DNA of 64,000 nucleotides. Source: Hyaloraphidium curvatum SAG 235-1. Its lineage: Eukaryota; Fungi; Monoblepharomycota. The position numbers were made by a program, and so were the translations under genes. Below, one piece after another: positions 1 to 10,590 of this stretch. The notes beneath the pieces were generated by a model, which was not told where the DNA came from, did not search any database, and was given only the letters and a program-made list of their open reading frames with translations. Positions within the stretch are counted from its first letter, which is position 1, and the number at the start of each line of letters is the position of its first letter. The DNA lies in assembly GCA_025558095.1 (NCBI GenBank), contig JAIVFI010000027.1:434001-498000 (forward strand). The letters run 5' to 3'.

Positions 1-189
1 GCCCTGCACATCCTCGCCGAGAACAGGATGCTGGCGGACCTGCGGCACTTCATGGACGGGAACCGCGGGCTGGACGGGCTGGTCGACTTCCTGGGGAAGC
101 ACAGGTGCAACGAGTTCTGCGCGGACCTGGGGCTGCCCGCGCTGCCGGCCGTTGACGAGCTCGTGGGACGGTACTCGGGACGGAAGTGA
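1..189 (+). CDS. Alpha-kinase (eEF2K/MHCK family), C-terminal end; gene starts before the window
   Basis: Frame 1 from base 1 reads ALHILAE...FMDGNRGLDGLVDFLGKHRCNEFCADLGLP...RK* (TGA 187-189). This matches the alpha-kinase C-terminal GNxGxxG and HxCNxxC zinc-binding motifs. Confidence 0.8.
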   Translation, partial: ALHILAENRMLADLRHFMDGNRGLDGLVDFLGKHRCNEFCADLGLPALPAVDELVGRYSGRK

Positions 190-232
190 TCGCCGTGGAT
201 GTACTGCTCCTTGCAACAATGCCATCGTGGTG

Positions 233-1647
233 TTAGAACCCCGCGCTGCGCATGGACGACCGCGTCGCCGTCATGATCTTTTCCAGGAACTCGGCCTTGT
301 CGTCCGAATCCAGCGAGAGCACGTCGAACCTGCACGAGGGAAAGTGCCGCCGGAAGATGTTGTCGCGGACCTCCTTCTCGAACATCTCGGTGCACGGGTG
401 GCACTGTGTGTGGGGCGTGTTGCGGCCTGCGGTGAGGCGTCCCGGTGCCCCGGCCAGCGCCCGGCTGCCACCCACCCGCAGGAAATAAACGTCGATCTGC
501 TTGTTGACGATCTGGCGCACCACACCCTCCCAATCCTCGGGCCTGCGCCCGTTGGGATCCGCCTTGTCCGCGAACCGGTCCGTGTACTTCCCCCCGTGGA
601 ACCTCCTCCCGTGCGGCGGCGCGTCCGCGATGACCAGCATCACCCTGGCCCTGGCCTGCCAATCCAGCCCCGGCACCCTGCACAGCCCCCCCAGCATGTC
701 CTCCGCGACGTCGTCCCCGCCGGACGCCCTGACGGAGAGGATGCGCTCGCGCAGGTACTCGGGCGCCATGAACTCGACCACCTCGTACGAGGACTGGTCG
801 GCGTCCTTGGGCTCGAAGTCGCGGTAGCCCACGAAGGCGGTGCGGAGCTGCGTGTCGGGGTAGAGCGCGCGGATGCGGTCGAGGATCTCGGTGACGGTCT
901 CCTTGACCCTGTCAACTTGGGGGTGGCAGGGGATCAGCACGGGAGGTAGGGGCGGGTGTGGGGGGGACGCACTCCAGTGCTGCATGGAGCCGGTGCAGTC
1001 GATCACGAAGCAGATGTCGACGCTCTGCACGCGCTTGCGGGCCTGCTCGATGCCGGACATGTTGCCGCGGACTGCCCGGAGCAAATCGTTGGCGCGGTTG
1101 CTTTTCCTGGCGGTCAGCACGGGCGAGCGGGGGCGGGAAAAAGAGCCCACTTGATCTCTGCGGGCTTCTCGGGCATGGCGTACGCGGGGGCGGCCGGATG
1201 GACGTTGCCGTAGGCGGCTCCGGCGGGGAAGGCCGGCACGGCGACGTCGCGGTACTGCGGGGCGGGCTGGTATGCCGCGGCCGGGGCCGGGTTGAACGAC
1301 GGCGGGAGGGGGGCAGCGGGAGCGTAGGCGGCCGGCGACGGCACGGGTGCGGGCTGGGGTGCCGGGCGGGCGTAGGCGTCGGGCGGGGGGACCGCGGTGT
1401 TTGCGGGGTAGCTCGTCGGGTAGGCCGCGGTGTACTCGTACGACGGCGGCGGTGAGATGGGCGGCTGTGGGTCGGCAGCGGGGCTGCGTCCGCGGGGCAC
1501 GTCCATCGTGGGGAAGGCGAGCGTGGCGGCCGAGTCGGGCATCGCGGGCGGCGTCGCGGCGATGTCGCCCGTCGCCGATCGCTGTGCGGCGCGCGCCTTG
1601 AGCGCGGCCAGCTTGGCGGCGAGGGCGTCGGACGGCTGCCGCTCCAT
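233..1647 (-). CDS. vWA-domain protein (VwkA-type vWA) with Pro/Ala/Tyr-rich N-terminus, 3 introns
   Basis: MIDAS-type motif VDICFVIDCTGSM, then AFVGYRD, GGDDVAED, LIADAPPHG. ATG at 1647 (MERQPSD...). GT-AG introns at about 1104-1151, 916-972 and 405-476. Confidence 0.85.
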
Positions 1648-1742
1648 CGCGGGAGGGGGTTGCGTTGAGAGGGGTGTCGCAGAGCGGGTGCCTGGTGGCG
1701 GCTGGAGCGCGTGATGACTGCGACGCCCCCGTTGCGGCCTTG

Positions 1743-3687
1743 ATGGCCAGCTGTGCGTTCTGCGCGGGCGGGCGGTCGGCCGCGCGGTACCTGGAGGATC
1801 GGCGCGCGGCGCTGGGCGCGGCGGGGCGCGCGGTGGCCGCGCCGGGCGGGCGGGAGGCCGACGCCGACGGCCCCACGCTGCTGCCCTTCGGGAACGCGGA
1901 CGACCGCGGCGCGTTCGCGGCGGCGCTCTCTCAGCTGCTGCCGGCGGGGGCGGCTGGGGCGGGCCCGCCCGACGCGGGGTCCGCCGTCGACGCGGCCCTG
2001 CGCGCCGTCCACGCCGTGCGCGACTGGCTGCCCGCCGGCGACGCCGCCGCGGTCGGCCTGCGCCTCCGACTGTGGGCCGCCGCGGAGTTCTACCCCGTCT
2101 ACGACGTGCCCGACGTGGCAAGCACCTTCCACACGCCGCTGTGGGCAAAGGACGTGGCAGACGACGCATTCGTGGCCCGCTGCCGCCGCGCCCGCGTGTG
2201 GGACGAGCGCACCTACGCCCGCGTCGCCGCCGCGTTCCCGCACGCCGCACCGGATCCCGCGGAGGAGCTGCGCCGCGAGGCTTCGACGGCCGCGGCCGAG
2301 GCCAAGGGCCGCGCAGTGCCCCGCGGCCATCCGCTGCGCACGGCCCTGGATGCCGTCGCGAGCCTGCCGCCCGCGGACCGCGTCGCATCGTGCCTGGTCG
2401 GCAGGCTGGTCTCTCTCTTGCAAGGTGCGTTGCCTGGTGCCATTGCTTCTGTTGGGCCACGGTGCCCCCGCCATCACATGATGCACAAGCTCATATTGAT
2501 CCCTGCCTTCGCCCCTGAAACTTGCAGAGTCGCGGATGCCGTCGCTCGAGGAGCAGCAGCGCGAGGCACACGCCGATGCCCGCACGCTCAGCAATGACAA
2601 GGCACCGGCCCAGAACGGCTTTGCCCAGCGCGGCCTGCCCGCCGAGGCCGCGCAGAGGCTCGCCTCGGTCTGCTGCGCCGTCACCCGCGCAATCGCCGCC
2701 TGCATCGCGCGCAACCGGGCCGCCCCCGCCGCCCTGTACGACGGGCTGGGCACCGCGGCCACGCTGCTGCGCACCTTCCCCTCGTACCCGCTCTGTGCCG
2801 GCTTCGTCGCCGCCCTCGCCGACCCCGACTTTGTCTCTGCCCTGGCCGCCTCGGCATGCGACGAATCGGCCCCCGCACCGCATGCCCTCGCGGCGCTCGA
2901 CCTCCTGGCCAAGCTCGTCCCGGACCTGTGCAAGCTCGACGGGATCACACTCCCCGACTTTTCCACCGTCCGCTCCGCCACCGAGCGCGCCGTCCGCGCC
3001 GCCCTCCTCCCCCGCGCCTGCGCCCTCGCCTCCCGCGCCGCCTCCCTCGGCCCCGGCGCAGCCCGCACGGCCGCCGCGGACCTCGCTGCCGTCCTCACGG
3101 CGATCGGCGCAGCCGACGTCGCCTGGGACGCCGCCGAATCCCTCCGCTCCTCCCCCCTCCTCCCCCCCTCGGACGCCGCCCTGGCCGCCCGCCCCCTCGA
3201 AGGCCGCGACGCCTCCCCCGCGCTCCTTGCCCCCCGAGCCTCCCGCATCGGCCGCGCCGGCGCACCCTGCGCCTGCGCATCCGCCGCCCGCGACCCCCGC
3301 CGATCGGCCGTCTGCCACGCGTGCGCGGATCCCCGCCCCCCGATCGGACCCAAGGGCGGCCCGCGCCGCGCGCTGGGGATGCTCGTCGCCCCCGGCCCGC
3401 CCCGCTCCTGGCGCGCCGTCCACGATCCCGCCGAAGCCTCCCGCCTCTGGCTCGCGGAGCTCTCGGCCTCCGTCCCCGGCGACGACCCCGCGATCGAGCG
3501 CGCGTGGCGGGACTGCATGCGCCGCCTGGCCGAGGACGACGCGTTCAGGGCCGCGCCGGGGGTGCCGCGGGCCGTGAGGGAGGCGGCGGAGGGCAAGGGG
3601 GGGCAGGGGGACGCGGTGGTGGAGGAGGAGACCGCGGTGGCGATCGGGAGGCTGATCGGGAACGTGGAGATCGCGGAGGGGGCGTAG
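1743..3687 (+). CDS. Hypothetical Ala/Leu-rich helical protein, 2 exons
   Basis: Strong GC3 codon bias in frames 1743-2423 and about 2529-3687, joined by a GTGCGT...TTGCAG intron. No family recognised. Confidence 0.6.
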
Positions 3688-3866
3688 CGGGAGGCGGCTT
3701 GTTATCCGCGCGGACGGACCGTACAAGCACCACAACCAACACACACGGTTCCTCTAGGAGTGCGCATCGCGTTTCCCTCGAAGTGGATTGTGCGCGCTGA
3801 AGAGTTAAATTGTGGATTGCTGCGTGATAGGCGGACGGTGAAAAGTTGTGTTCCGCGGGAAGACTG

Positions 3867-3956
3867 GCTGGCCACCATGATGTTTTGGTTCACTAATCCA
3901 GTGAAGATGAGGAATTCTCCCATAAAGTTAGCGGTTCCAGGGAAAGCGACGTTAGC
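3867..3956 (-). other. nad4: NUMT: about 90-bp fragment of mitochondrial nad4
   Basis: Minus strand reads ANVAFPGTANFMGEFLIFTGLVNQNIMVAS, matching the ND4 motif ANxxxPGTxxFxGEF. A/T-ending codons (gct, cct, gga, tta) contrast with the surrounding nuclear genes. No start, stop or flanking ND4 sequence. Confidence 0.8.
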
Positions 3957-4449
3957 CGTGGGCTGTGACTGCCTAGTAGGCACTTCGCATGGTGCGAGTG
4001 CAAGTCGTGCCGATCCCCCCGCACGTGGGACGACGGGCAGCCGGCCTCGCCGCCGCCGCTGGATGCCATCAGGCAGAAGGGCGAGGTGCACGCTCGTACC
4101 GTACCGCAGTCGTCGAAGCCACCACGCGCCAGCCTTGACACCGCGCCGCAGAACCGAAAAAAGCTCACCTGAGGAGGCGGGTTCCCCGCAGGAGGGCCAA
4201 AACCGTTAGTAGGCCCGCCGAAGGGCCGTTGCCGAGAGGGATCATGAGGAGGAAGGCGGCGGCGCGGTGAGTAAAGTGCTTGAGGCGGGGCTGGCGCGAG
4301 GCGGCGGCGACGACGGCGGCAGGTAGAGTGGATGGATCGAGGGAGCGAGCGTCGCCACTGACGTCATTCAGGCTTGCTGTGCGCTTCTATGGAAGGGCGG
4401 GTGCTTCCACGGAACGGCCGACTGCCCGCACACCCTCTCCCGCCCCGCG

Positions 4450-5785
4450 ATGCCACCGGCCAAGGACATTGCCGTCGCGGAGCACACCTTCACGGGACCT
4501 CCGCGCGATGGACACGGCGGGCACACGACCTACTACCTCGCCTCCGGCCCCGAAAGGGGCACCCCCGTTATCATGGTCCACGGCTGGCCCGAGAGGGCCG
4601 TCTCGTGGCGGCACGTCATGCCCGTCCTCGCCGGGCTGGGATTCCGCTGCTACGCGCCCGACATGCGCGGGTACGGGAGGAGCTCGGTGTACGCGGGGCA
4701 GGAAGACTACCGCATGGAACTGGTCGTGAAGGACCTGCTGGAGCTTGCGGACCACGTCGGAGCGAGGAAGGCCGTTTGGAGTGGGTCTGTTTATTGTCTC
4801 GGCGCGCGACCAAAGGTTCACATCGGCCATCGAGCAGTCGGTCACGATTTTGGGTCGCCTGCGGTTGGTGCCCTCGTCCAGCACCACCCCGAGAGAGTCC
4901 ATGGAGCTGTTTTCTTGTGTGTGCCCTACTATGCCAAAGGTCGGGTGCCTTCACCCGCTCTTGGCCTACTTCGATATCTTTCTGACTTTGGAACAGGATT
5001 CATTCCCCAGAACTTCCTGCCTTTTGTGGACCGCAGCATGTATCCGGAGAACAAGTTCCCGTGGGGCCAATGGGACTACATCAAGTTCTACCAGATTGAT
5101 TCCGGCTCCAGCGAGCGGCTTTTCGACAAGGACGTGGAGCGGACCTTCAAGATTCTTTTCCGAGCCGGCGACCCGACGGCAAAGGGCAAACGCTCGGGGA
5201 CAGCTACCATCTGCAACGACGGAGGATGGTTTGGCGGCGCATCTGAGGTGCCAAACGTCCCGATTGACAAGAGGGTAATCACCGAGGATGATCTGAAGGT
5301 CTACGTGGACGGCATGCGCAAGAACGGCTTCTTCGGGGCCAACAGTTGGTACGTTTGCTCGGCCGTAATCCAACCCTTATATTCATCTGCCTCACCGCGC
5401 ATCGGCCGGTAGGTACAGGAACTTTGACCACTGCGGGGAGTACGCAGCAAAGGCGCCCAACAACGGTACCCTCGAGTTCCCCGTGATGTTCATCCATGCC
5501 CGCTACGATTGGGCCTGCGAAGCGATCGAGAGCCACTTGGCCGATCCCATGCGCGAGAGTTGCAAGGATCTCACAGAGTTCGTCGTGGATGCGGGGCACT
5601 GGTGGGCTCCGCTCCATGCCGAGCGGGCCACGACGCGCGAGGCTGATCGCCCGCTGCTTGCTTGCAGGGTGGCCCAGGAGAAGCCGGCGCAGACGGCGGC
5701 TGCGATTGCGCAGTGGCTCGCGAGGAAGCTACCCACGGTGTGGAACAGGGACGGCCTGGAGGAAATCACAAGGAGTAAGCTGTAG
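4450..5785 (+). CDS. Epoxide hydrolase (alpha/beta hydrolase), 4 introns
   Basis: HGWPE oxyanion motif, APDMRGYG, spliced W-I-GHDFG nucleophile-Asp motif, lid Tyr (WDY...FY), and AGHW...QEKP catalytic His. Confidence 0.9.
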
Positions 5786-6249
5786 CACGGTGCTGAATGC
5801 GATAAAGTCCCGGCCGCCGCACACCGAGCTTGGAAAGCGTGGCCCGCCTTGTGCACCACGGCACCGCGCACCGCGCTTACATGATGGCGACATACATCGC
5901 TGGACTCTCCTTTCGCAATCGGCTAGCAGAGCAAGCTCTTTTGAAAGGGTGGCGTCATCTGGCGGTCAAGGAAGGGGTAAGTAACACGCGAGTAGGCATG
6001 AGCGCGACAAGGGGTTCGAGTCGAAAGATCGATCTGCATCAACTCGGTGGCCTTGTACCAGCCGGCCCGTGGCTCATAGACGTGGCTTGGCTCTGTTAGG
6101 GGACACCGACGAGGGACGCCGCAATTCAAGGGACCGATCCCCCAAACCTCGTTCGCCTGGGTGCGCTGTTCCAGCGTACGCGGACGAGCGGCGACTGCAC
6201 CAAACCTCATTGCTTCGTTCCCCGCCCCCGCCCCCCCCCTTAACGAGCG

Positions 6250-6672
6250 ATGGGCCTCCGCCGCGCCCTTCTCGCCGCGCTGCTCGGCCTCGCGCTGTGC
6301 GCTGCCCCGTCGGCCGCGCAGGACTCGGTGGCCGCGGTGCGCGGCGCCCTCGGCGACGCCACCTATTCGCTGGTGTGGCTACAGCTCGCAACCTACGCCT
6401 ACGTCAACCAAAGCAAGTCGGGCATTTCGGACGTCTCCAAGGTGCTGCCGCAGAAGGTGCGACTCCGGATCCCGCAGCAGACGCCTTTCCTGACTCCCGT
6501 GGACAGCTCGCGACTCTCCCCGCCATCCCCCTGCCGTCGGCCAAAGGTCCTCTGCCGTTGCCACTGCCCGCGGATCAGACCCTCCCTGGCGTGTTCCAGC
6601 TCGAGTGGGGTCCCGCCTATTCGGGCGCCAACCTCATCTACGCGGTTTCGTACAAGACGAAGGAAGCCGGAT
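6250..6672 (+). pseudogene. 5' fragment of a secreted protein, possibly a class 3 lipase, truncated at about 6672
   Basis: Signal peptide MGLRRALLAALLGLALCAAPSAA, intron at about 6457-6507, then ...LEWGPAYSGANLIYAVSY. Coding bias collapses after about 6672 and no GxSxG motif follows. Confidence 0.4.
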
Positions 6673-6851
6673 TGACGGCCACAACGGAGGGCAGAGCAGC
6701 CGCCATCGGGATCAGCACTTTCTCAACGCGGCACTCCGCTTCGGGGCGTCGGAGATTAGGCGTCCACGTCGCAATATGCGGCCGCGCTGTGGAGCACTTC
6801 GCTCCGCCCCAATGCGCTGAACTTCATGCCCGTCGATGTTTATCGAGTGCT

Positions 6852-7516
6852 TCAACGAGAATCACATTTGTAGTATCGCTCTACAAACACCTTGTTGGTC
6901 GTGTCCCACCAGTAACCCTCGCCGCGCATCCTGCACCTCTCACAGCATCCATCCCTCATCACCCTGCCCCAGTGCGCCTTCTGCATCACCCACTTGTTGT
7001 TAAAGAGGATAGTGATGGCCCTGAAGGCCCCACGAGGAGCATGCAGCGGCTCGGATCCGTGGACAACGTCCTGGAACGGGCCGCCGACGATTGTGCGAGA
7101 AGCCAGATCGGCCACGACTCCGTACTCGGCAAGAATCAGCCCGCAGCCCTGGGGGGCCAAGCCTTCCGGAGACCTTTTGTGCATGTTGAGGTATGAAGAG
7201 AGGTGATCAGCGTAGTTGTCGTCGTCCAAGTGATAGTAGACGTGCGAAGGTACAGGACGTCTGACATTCGGACAAGGGTATTTTCATTTTCGGTTCGGAG
7301 GCGTGGAGGCGTCGGTCCTCGCGATCGACTTTCGTCGGAAAAGATGCCGCGCTCGCGCGCTCTTGCAGCCAGAGTGTGGCATTCGACAAGGTGCAGCTCG
7401 CCGCCCGTGAGCAGGTTGCGGAACTGGTCCTCGGACAAGACATCCAGGACGTCCGGGCCGCCGGCGGGGAGCGGCGCCCCATCCAAATCTTCCCGAGGCC
7501 TAGCACGCTTCGGCAT
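6852..7516 (-). pseudogene. Orphan coding-like region with a frameshift near 7230
   Basis: Two overlapping ORFs (7136-7546 and 6852-7229) read as one protein-like sequence (MPKRARPREDLD... / ...GCCERCRMRG...YYKCD). No family recognised. Confidence 0.3.
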
Positions 7517-8217
7517 GCCCGGGTTCAGCGCATGGCGCTGTCCCAATTCGAGGGCTCAGAGGGTTCCATTGTGATCGCCGACTCCGTGCGATCGATCAGA
7601 GGTGACAGCTTCAGCAGTCTTCCCTACAGAACAACGCCATAGATTCCGAAAACGATCCAGCGTCCACCGCGGGCGCGAGATGTGAGGTTGCCGCATGCAA
7701 GCGGGGGGTCAGCGCCCCTGCTGATGCGACTGCACGCACTTCCCAGGCAGAGTCCGCCGGCCAAACACCTACGGGAGCTTCTACGGGTTACTTTGAGCCG
7801 TGTGCGGCCGTCGGACCCGTCTTTGGATGTGCATGACGCCGCCAGAATCATTGGCTTCGGGACTGCGTTCCTAGGGACGTTGAGGACGCTCGGGGACTTT
7901 TGGCTGGCGGACCATTTCCGGCGTGCAACGGCCGTCCCGGAGGCAATGAGGCATCGCGGGGCCATGGAACCGCTTCAGACAAACTATGAGTTGCCATAGG
8001 AAGCGCGGAATGGCCAGGAGATAGCCGAGCGGCGAGTTGACGATGCCACCAGGTGTCAGATACGGGAGCCACATCGCCGGTCGTTCCGTTCTAGCTTCAT
8101 CCATTCTGACCATGGATATCGGCTTTTCTGACGCTACAGGCTATCTCTGGCCCGCCGGAGAGCGCGAAACCAATCCGTGACCTCCGTCCGACCCCTAGCA
8201 GGCTGGAAGCTCCGTCG

Positions 8218-8340
8218 CCATCCCTCACCTACAAGGATGCTCCGGTTCAGTGCAGGGCTCCAGCTGCCGGCCAATTGGAGCACCGCACAGCACAAGCAGC
8301 GCATCGCCGACGTGCTCGAGGTCATGGGCCTCGGCTACTG
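8218..8340 (+). pseudogene. ABCG transporter NBD fragment, 5' part (interrupted by the LTR element)
   Basis: PSLTYK/MLRFSAGLQLP...RIADVLEVMGLGYC. It continues in frame as CAD... at 16810 once the element and one TSD are removed (ggc tac tgc gcc gac). Confidence 0.85.
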
Positions 8341-8804
8341 TGTGGAGGTCCGGGCCATCTTTCTTACATATTTTTCGTACTTTGTTGGGGAAATAGTCGT
8401 TTGTCGTAACCCGCAGAGGACCTGATCCCGATCTGATCCCGATCTGATCCCGGCGAGATCCCGGAAAGATCCCGGTCTGATCCCGATCTAATCCCGAGCG
8501 CGGGTATAAAAGGCCCATCGAATGTACTGCCAAAGTGTGTGTGTGCGCGACCACTACAGTTCGTCAGTGTTTTCATTCGTCCTCGCCGTGCGGAATTCCT
8601 CCCTCGCCGAGGTCCGAGTCCGTCAAGTCCGACCCTTCTGAGACGTCCCTCGGGAGACAAGTCTCCCTCAAGCGAATCTCTATCGAAGCTAAGTCAAACC
8701 CCGGCTGCTACTAACTCTACATCGGGCCTTTCGAGACGTGTGAGATTGAACCGTTTGTGCGGCGGGTTAAAGCGCTAGGCCCGGCTTTGACCCGGTCCGT
8801 CACA
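8341..8804 (+). repeat. 5' LTR (464 bp)
   Basis: TGTGGAGG...GTCACA, a direct repeat of 16342-16805. I found 3 substitutions by eye (about 99.4% identical). TATAAAA at 8505-8511. Confidence 0.98.
8423..8498 (+). repeat. About 7 tandem 11-bp units (TGATCCCGATC-like) in U3, just upstream of the TATA box
   Basis: tgatcccgatc tgatcccgatc tgatcccggcg agatcccgga aagatcccggtc tgatcccgatc taatcccgag. Also present in the 3' LTR at about 16424-16499. Confidence 0.9.
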
Positions 8805-8805
8805 C

Positions 8806-8823
8806 TGGTCCGACCTCCGTGAT
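8806..8823 (+). promoter_or_regulatory. Primer-binding site, tRNA-Tyr type (18 nt)
   Basis: TGGTCCGACCTCCGTGAT, 1 nt after the LTR. Its complement maps to tRNA positions 59-76 with invariant C61, pyrimidine 60, G72 and A73. C1:G72 plus A73 is the eukaryotic tRNA-Tyr identity. Confidence 0.75.
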
Positions 8824-9021
8824 CTTCCTTACAGGTCTCACACTTGGAATCACAGGTAACGTTCTTAGGTCCAGTCCACTTCATTGGCCATCGACGGCCA
8901 TCCTCAAGTCAACGCCTGTCGCCTACACAAGCGACAGCGAAGTCAACCGACGCCCTTCTTCGGCCGTCCGTGAAAGTACAATCCCAGGTCGTCCGTCCGT
9001 TCCCCAGGCAAGCAACGTATA

Positions 9022-10551
9022 ATGGAGGGAGCCCAAGCCGCGCCCGAAGCTAACCAGCCGCAGCAAATCCAGCAGGGGGAAGTCCCGCAGGGTGACCCCC
9101 CGCTCGTCGGACCCGCGGACCCGAATCCCGCTCCTGGCCAGCCGGCAATCCAGGCCGCTCAGGCTTTCATCCAGGAAATAGGTCAGGCCGCCAACGAAGT
9201 CGCACAGATGGCTTTGCAGGTAGCGGCCCAGCAGGCCCAGCAGCAGCAGCCTCAGGCGCCTGCCGGTCCGGGCATGCTGCCGCCTCAGCAGTTCGTCGAA
9301 GCCGTCCGCGCTATCGTTGGCGTGCCCCACGAAGAAGCTGTTCTCCCGGCGGATCGCCAGGGATCGGCTAGGCTGCCCGCTCAGCTCCTTCCGGCCCAGA
9401 TCCAGCCCTTCGATCAGGAAAGGCAGGACCCGGAGGACTTCTTCCGCGACCTCACTACCGTGCTCACCGCTTTCGGCGCCATCAACAACTTGGTCAGGGT
9501 CTTCCCGGTCTTCCTTGGTCCGCTCCCGCGGGCCATGTGGCAGAATATGATGACCCATCACACGGCCGAGCATCGTCCGCCCGACTACCCAGCAGCAAGC
9601 AACTATCCCCCGCAGAATCAAGCTGACGTGCTCACGTGGCTTCGCTACAACTTCGAGCCACGTGACGCTCCGGTCCACTACCGCCGGCACTTCTACACGA
9701 TCTCGATGAACGAGGACGAAACCCTCGACGCCTTCTTGGCGCGCGTGTCGCTCGCCGAGGCACGCTTCCTCTCGCATGCCGGTGACCAAGCTCCCATTAG
9801 GGAGGTGCAGGATTCTGTCTTCGGGCAGAACCTGTTGTTCGGGTTGCGTCCGGATCTCCGGGGCAAGGCTCTCGAGCTCCTCGGAGAATCGCCGATCAAC
9901 CGTTCTACGGTCACCAAAGTCATCGAGAAGATGAAGTCCGTCCTGCAGGCTTCCAAGCCTACGGTCTCGCACGACATCCGCTTCCTGGGTCAGCACTCAA
10001 TCGCCGAGATCCCGCAGCTGGTCGGTCAGAAATCGAGCAGCTCGTCAAAGGCCACCGACAAGGTCATCACGACCGAGGCGCTCATGGTAACGACCCAGGC
10101 CCTCGCCAAGCTTCTGGAACCGAAGGCTAAGCAGATTGAAGGCAAATCGCCTGACAAAGATGGGTTCCGTCCTCCGCCTCGCCGTTTCACCCCGTATGTT
10201 CCGCCCCGCAGGTTCCCTCCGGCTCCGACCCCTTCGACGGAGCTCGCCGAAATCAAGGAGCTCATCACTCGGATGGCACCCGGGCCCACGCAGAACGGCC
10301 TATGGCCCGATCCGCCGAGGCCCAGCGGCCCCATCCGGCGTGGTCCTCCCGAGCAGGATCGCCCGCAGCAAGATCGGCGTCCCTTTGCCTCCGGCTACCG
10401 CGATCTGAAGCGCCAGGTGCCTCGTCACTGCCACCTCTGTGGCATGGACGGGCACGTGCAGGACGATTGCTGGGAGCTAGAGAAGAATGCGAATCGGCGA
10501 CCGATCGGCTGGCGCTCGCGCCTCGGCACCTCCAACGGTTCAAAAAACTAG
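9022..10551 (+). CDS. gag: Gag (509 aa) with Q/P-rich N-terminus and CCHC zinc knuckle
   Basis: Follows the PBS. Major-homology-region-like MNEDETLDAFLARV and knuckle CHLCGMDGHVQDDC. Confidence 0.92.
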   Translation: MEGAQAAPEANQPQQIQQGEVPQGDPPLVGPADPNPAPGQPAIQAAQAFIQEIGQAANEVAQMALQVAAQQAQQQQPQAPAGPGMLPPQQFVEAVRAIVGVPHEEAVLPADRQGSARLPAQLLPAQIQPFDQERQDPEDFFRDLTTVLTAFGAINNLVRVFPVFLGPLPRAMWQNMMTHHTAEHRPPDYPAASNYPPQNQADVLTWLRYNFEPRDAPVHYRRHFYTISMNEDETLDAFLARVSLAEARFLSHAGDQAPIREVQDSVFGQNLLFGLRPDLRGKALELLGESPINRSTVTKVIEKMKSVLQASKPTVSHDIRFLGQHSIAEIPQLVGQKSSSSSKATDKVITTEALMVTTQALAKLLEPKAKQIEGKSPDKDGFRPPPRRFTPYVPPRRFPPAPTPSTELAEIKELITRMAPGPTQNGLWPDPPRPSGPIRRGPPEQDRPQQDRRPFASGYRDLKRQVPRHCHLCGMDGHVQDDCWELEKNANRRPIGWRSRLGTSNGSKN

Positions 10552-10590
10552 CTTTGCCCTCAACAGCCAATGGCTATAGGGGGGCGGAGT
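10542..10590 (+). promoter_or_regulatory. -1 programmed ribosomal frameshift signal (A_AAA_AAC plus 3' stem-loop)
   Basis: TCA AAA AAC TAG ends gag, and the protease ORF is in the -1 frame. Downstream CTTTGCCCT pairs with GGGGCGGAG around an AGCC-AAT-GGCT hairpin. Confidence 0.8.

Noticed and set aside
6852-7229. CxxC...YKC as a TnpB/Fanzor C-terminus
   Set aside because: No RuvC motifs and no DRDxNAA-like ending.
8423-8498. Short repeats as a CRISPR-like array
   Set aside because: These are 11-bp tandem units without spacers, inside an LTR, with no cas genes.
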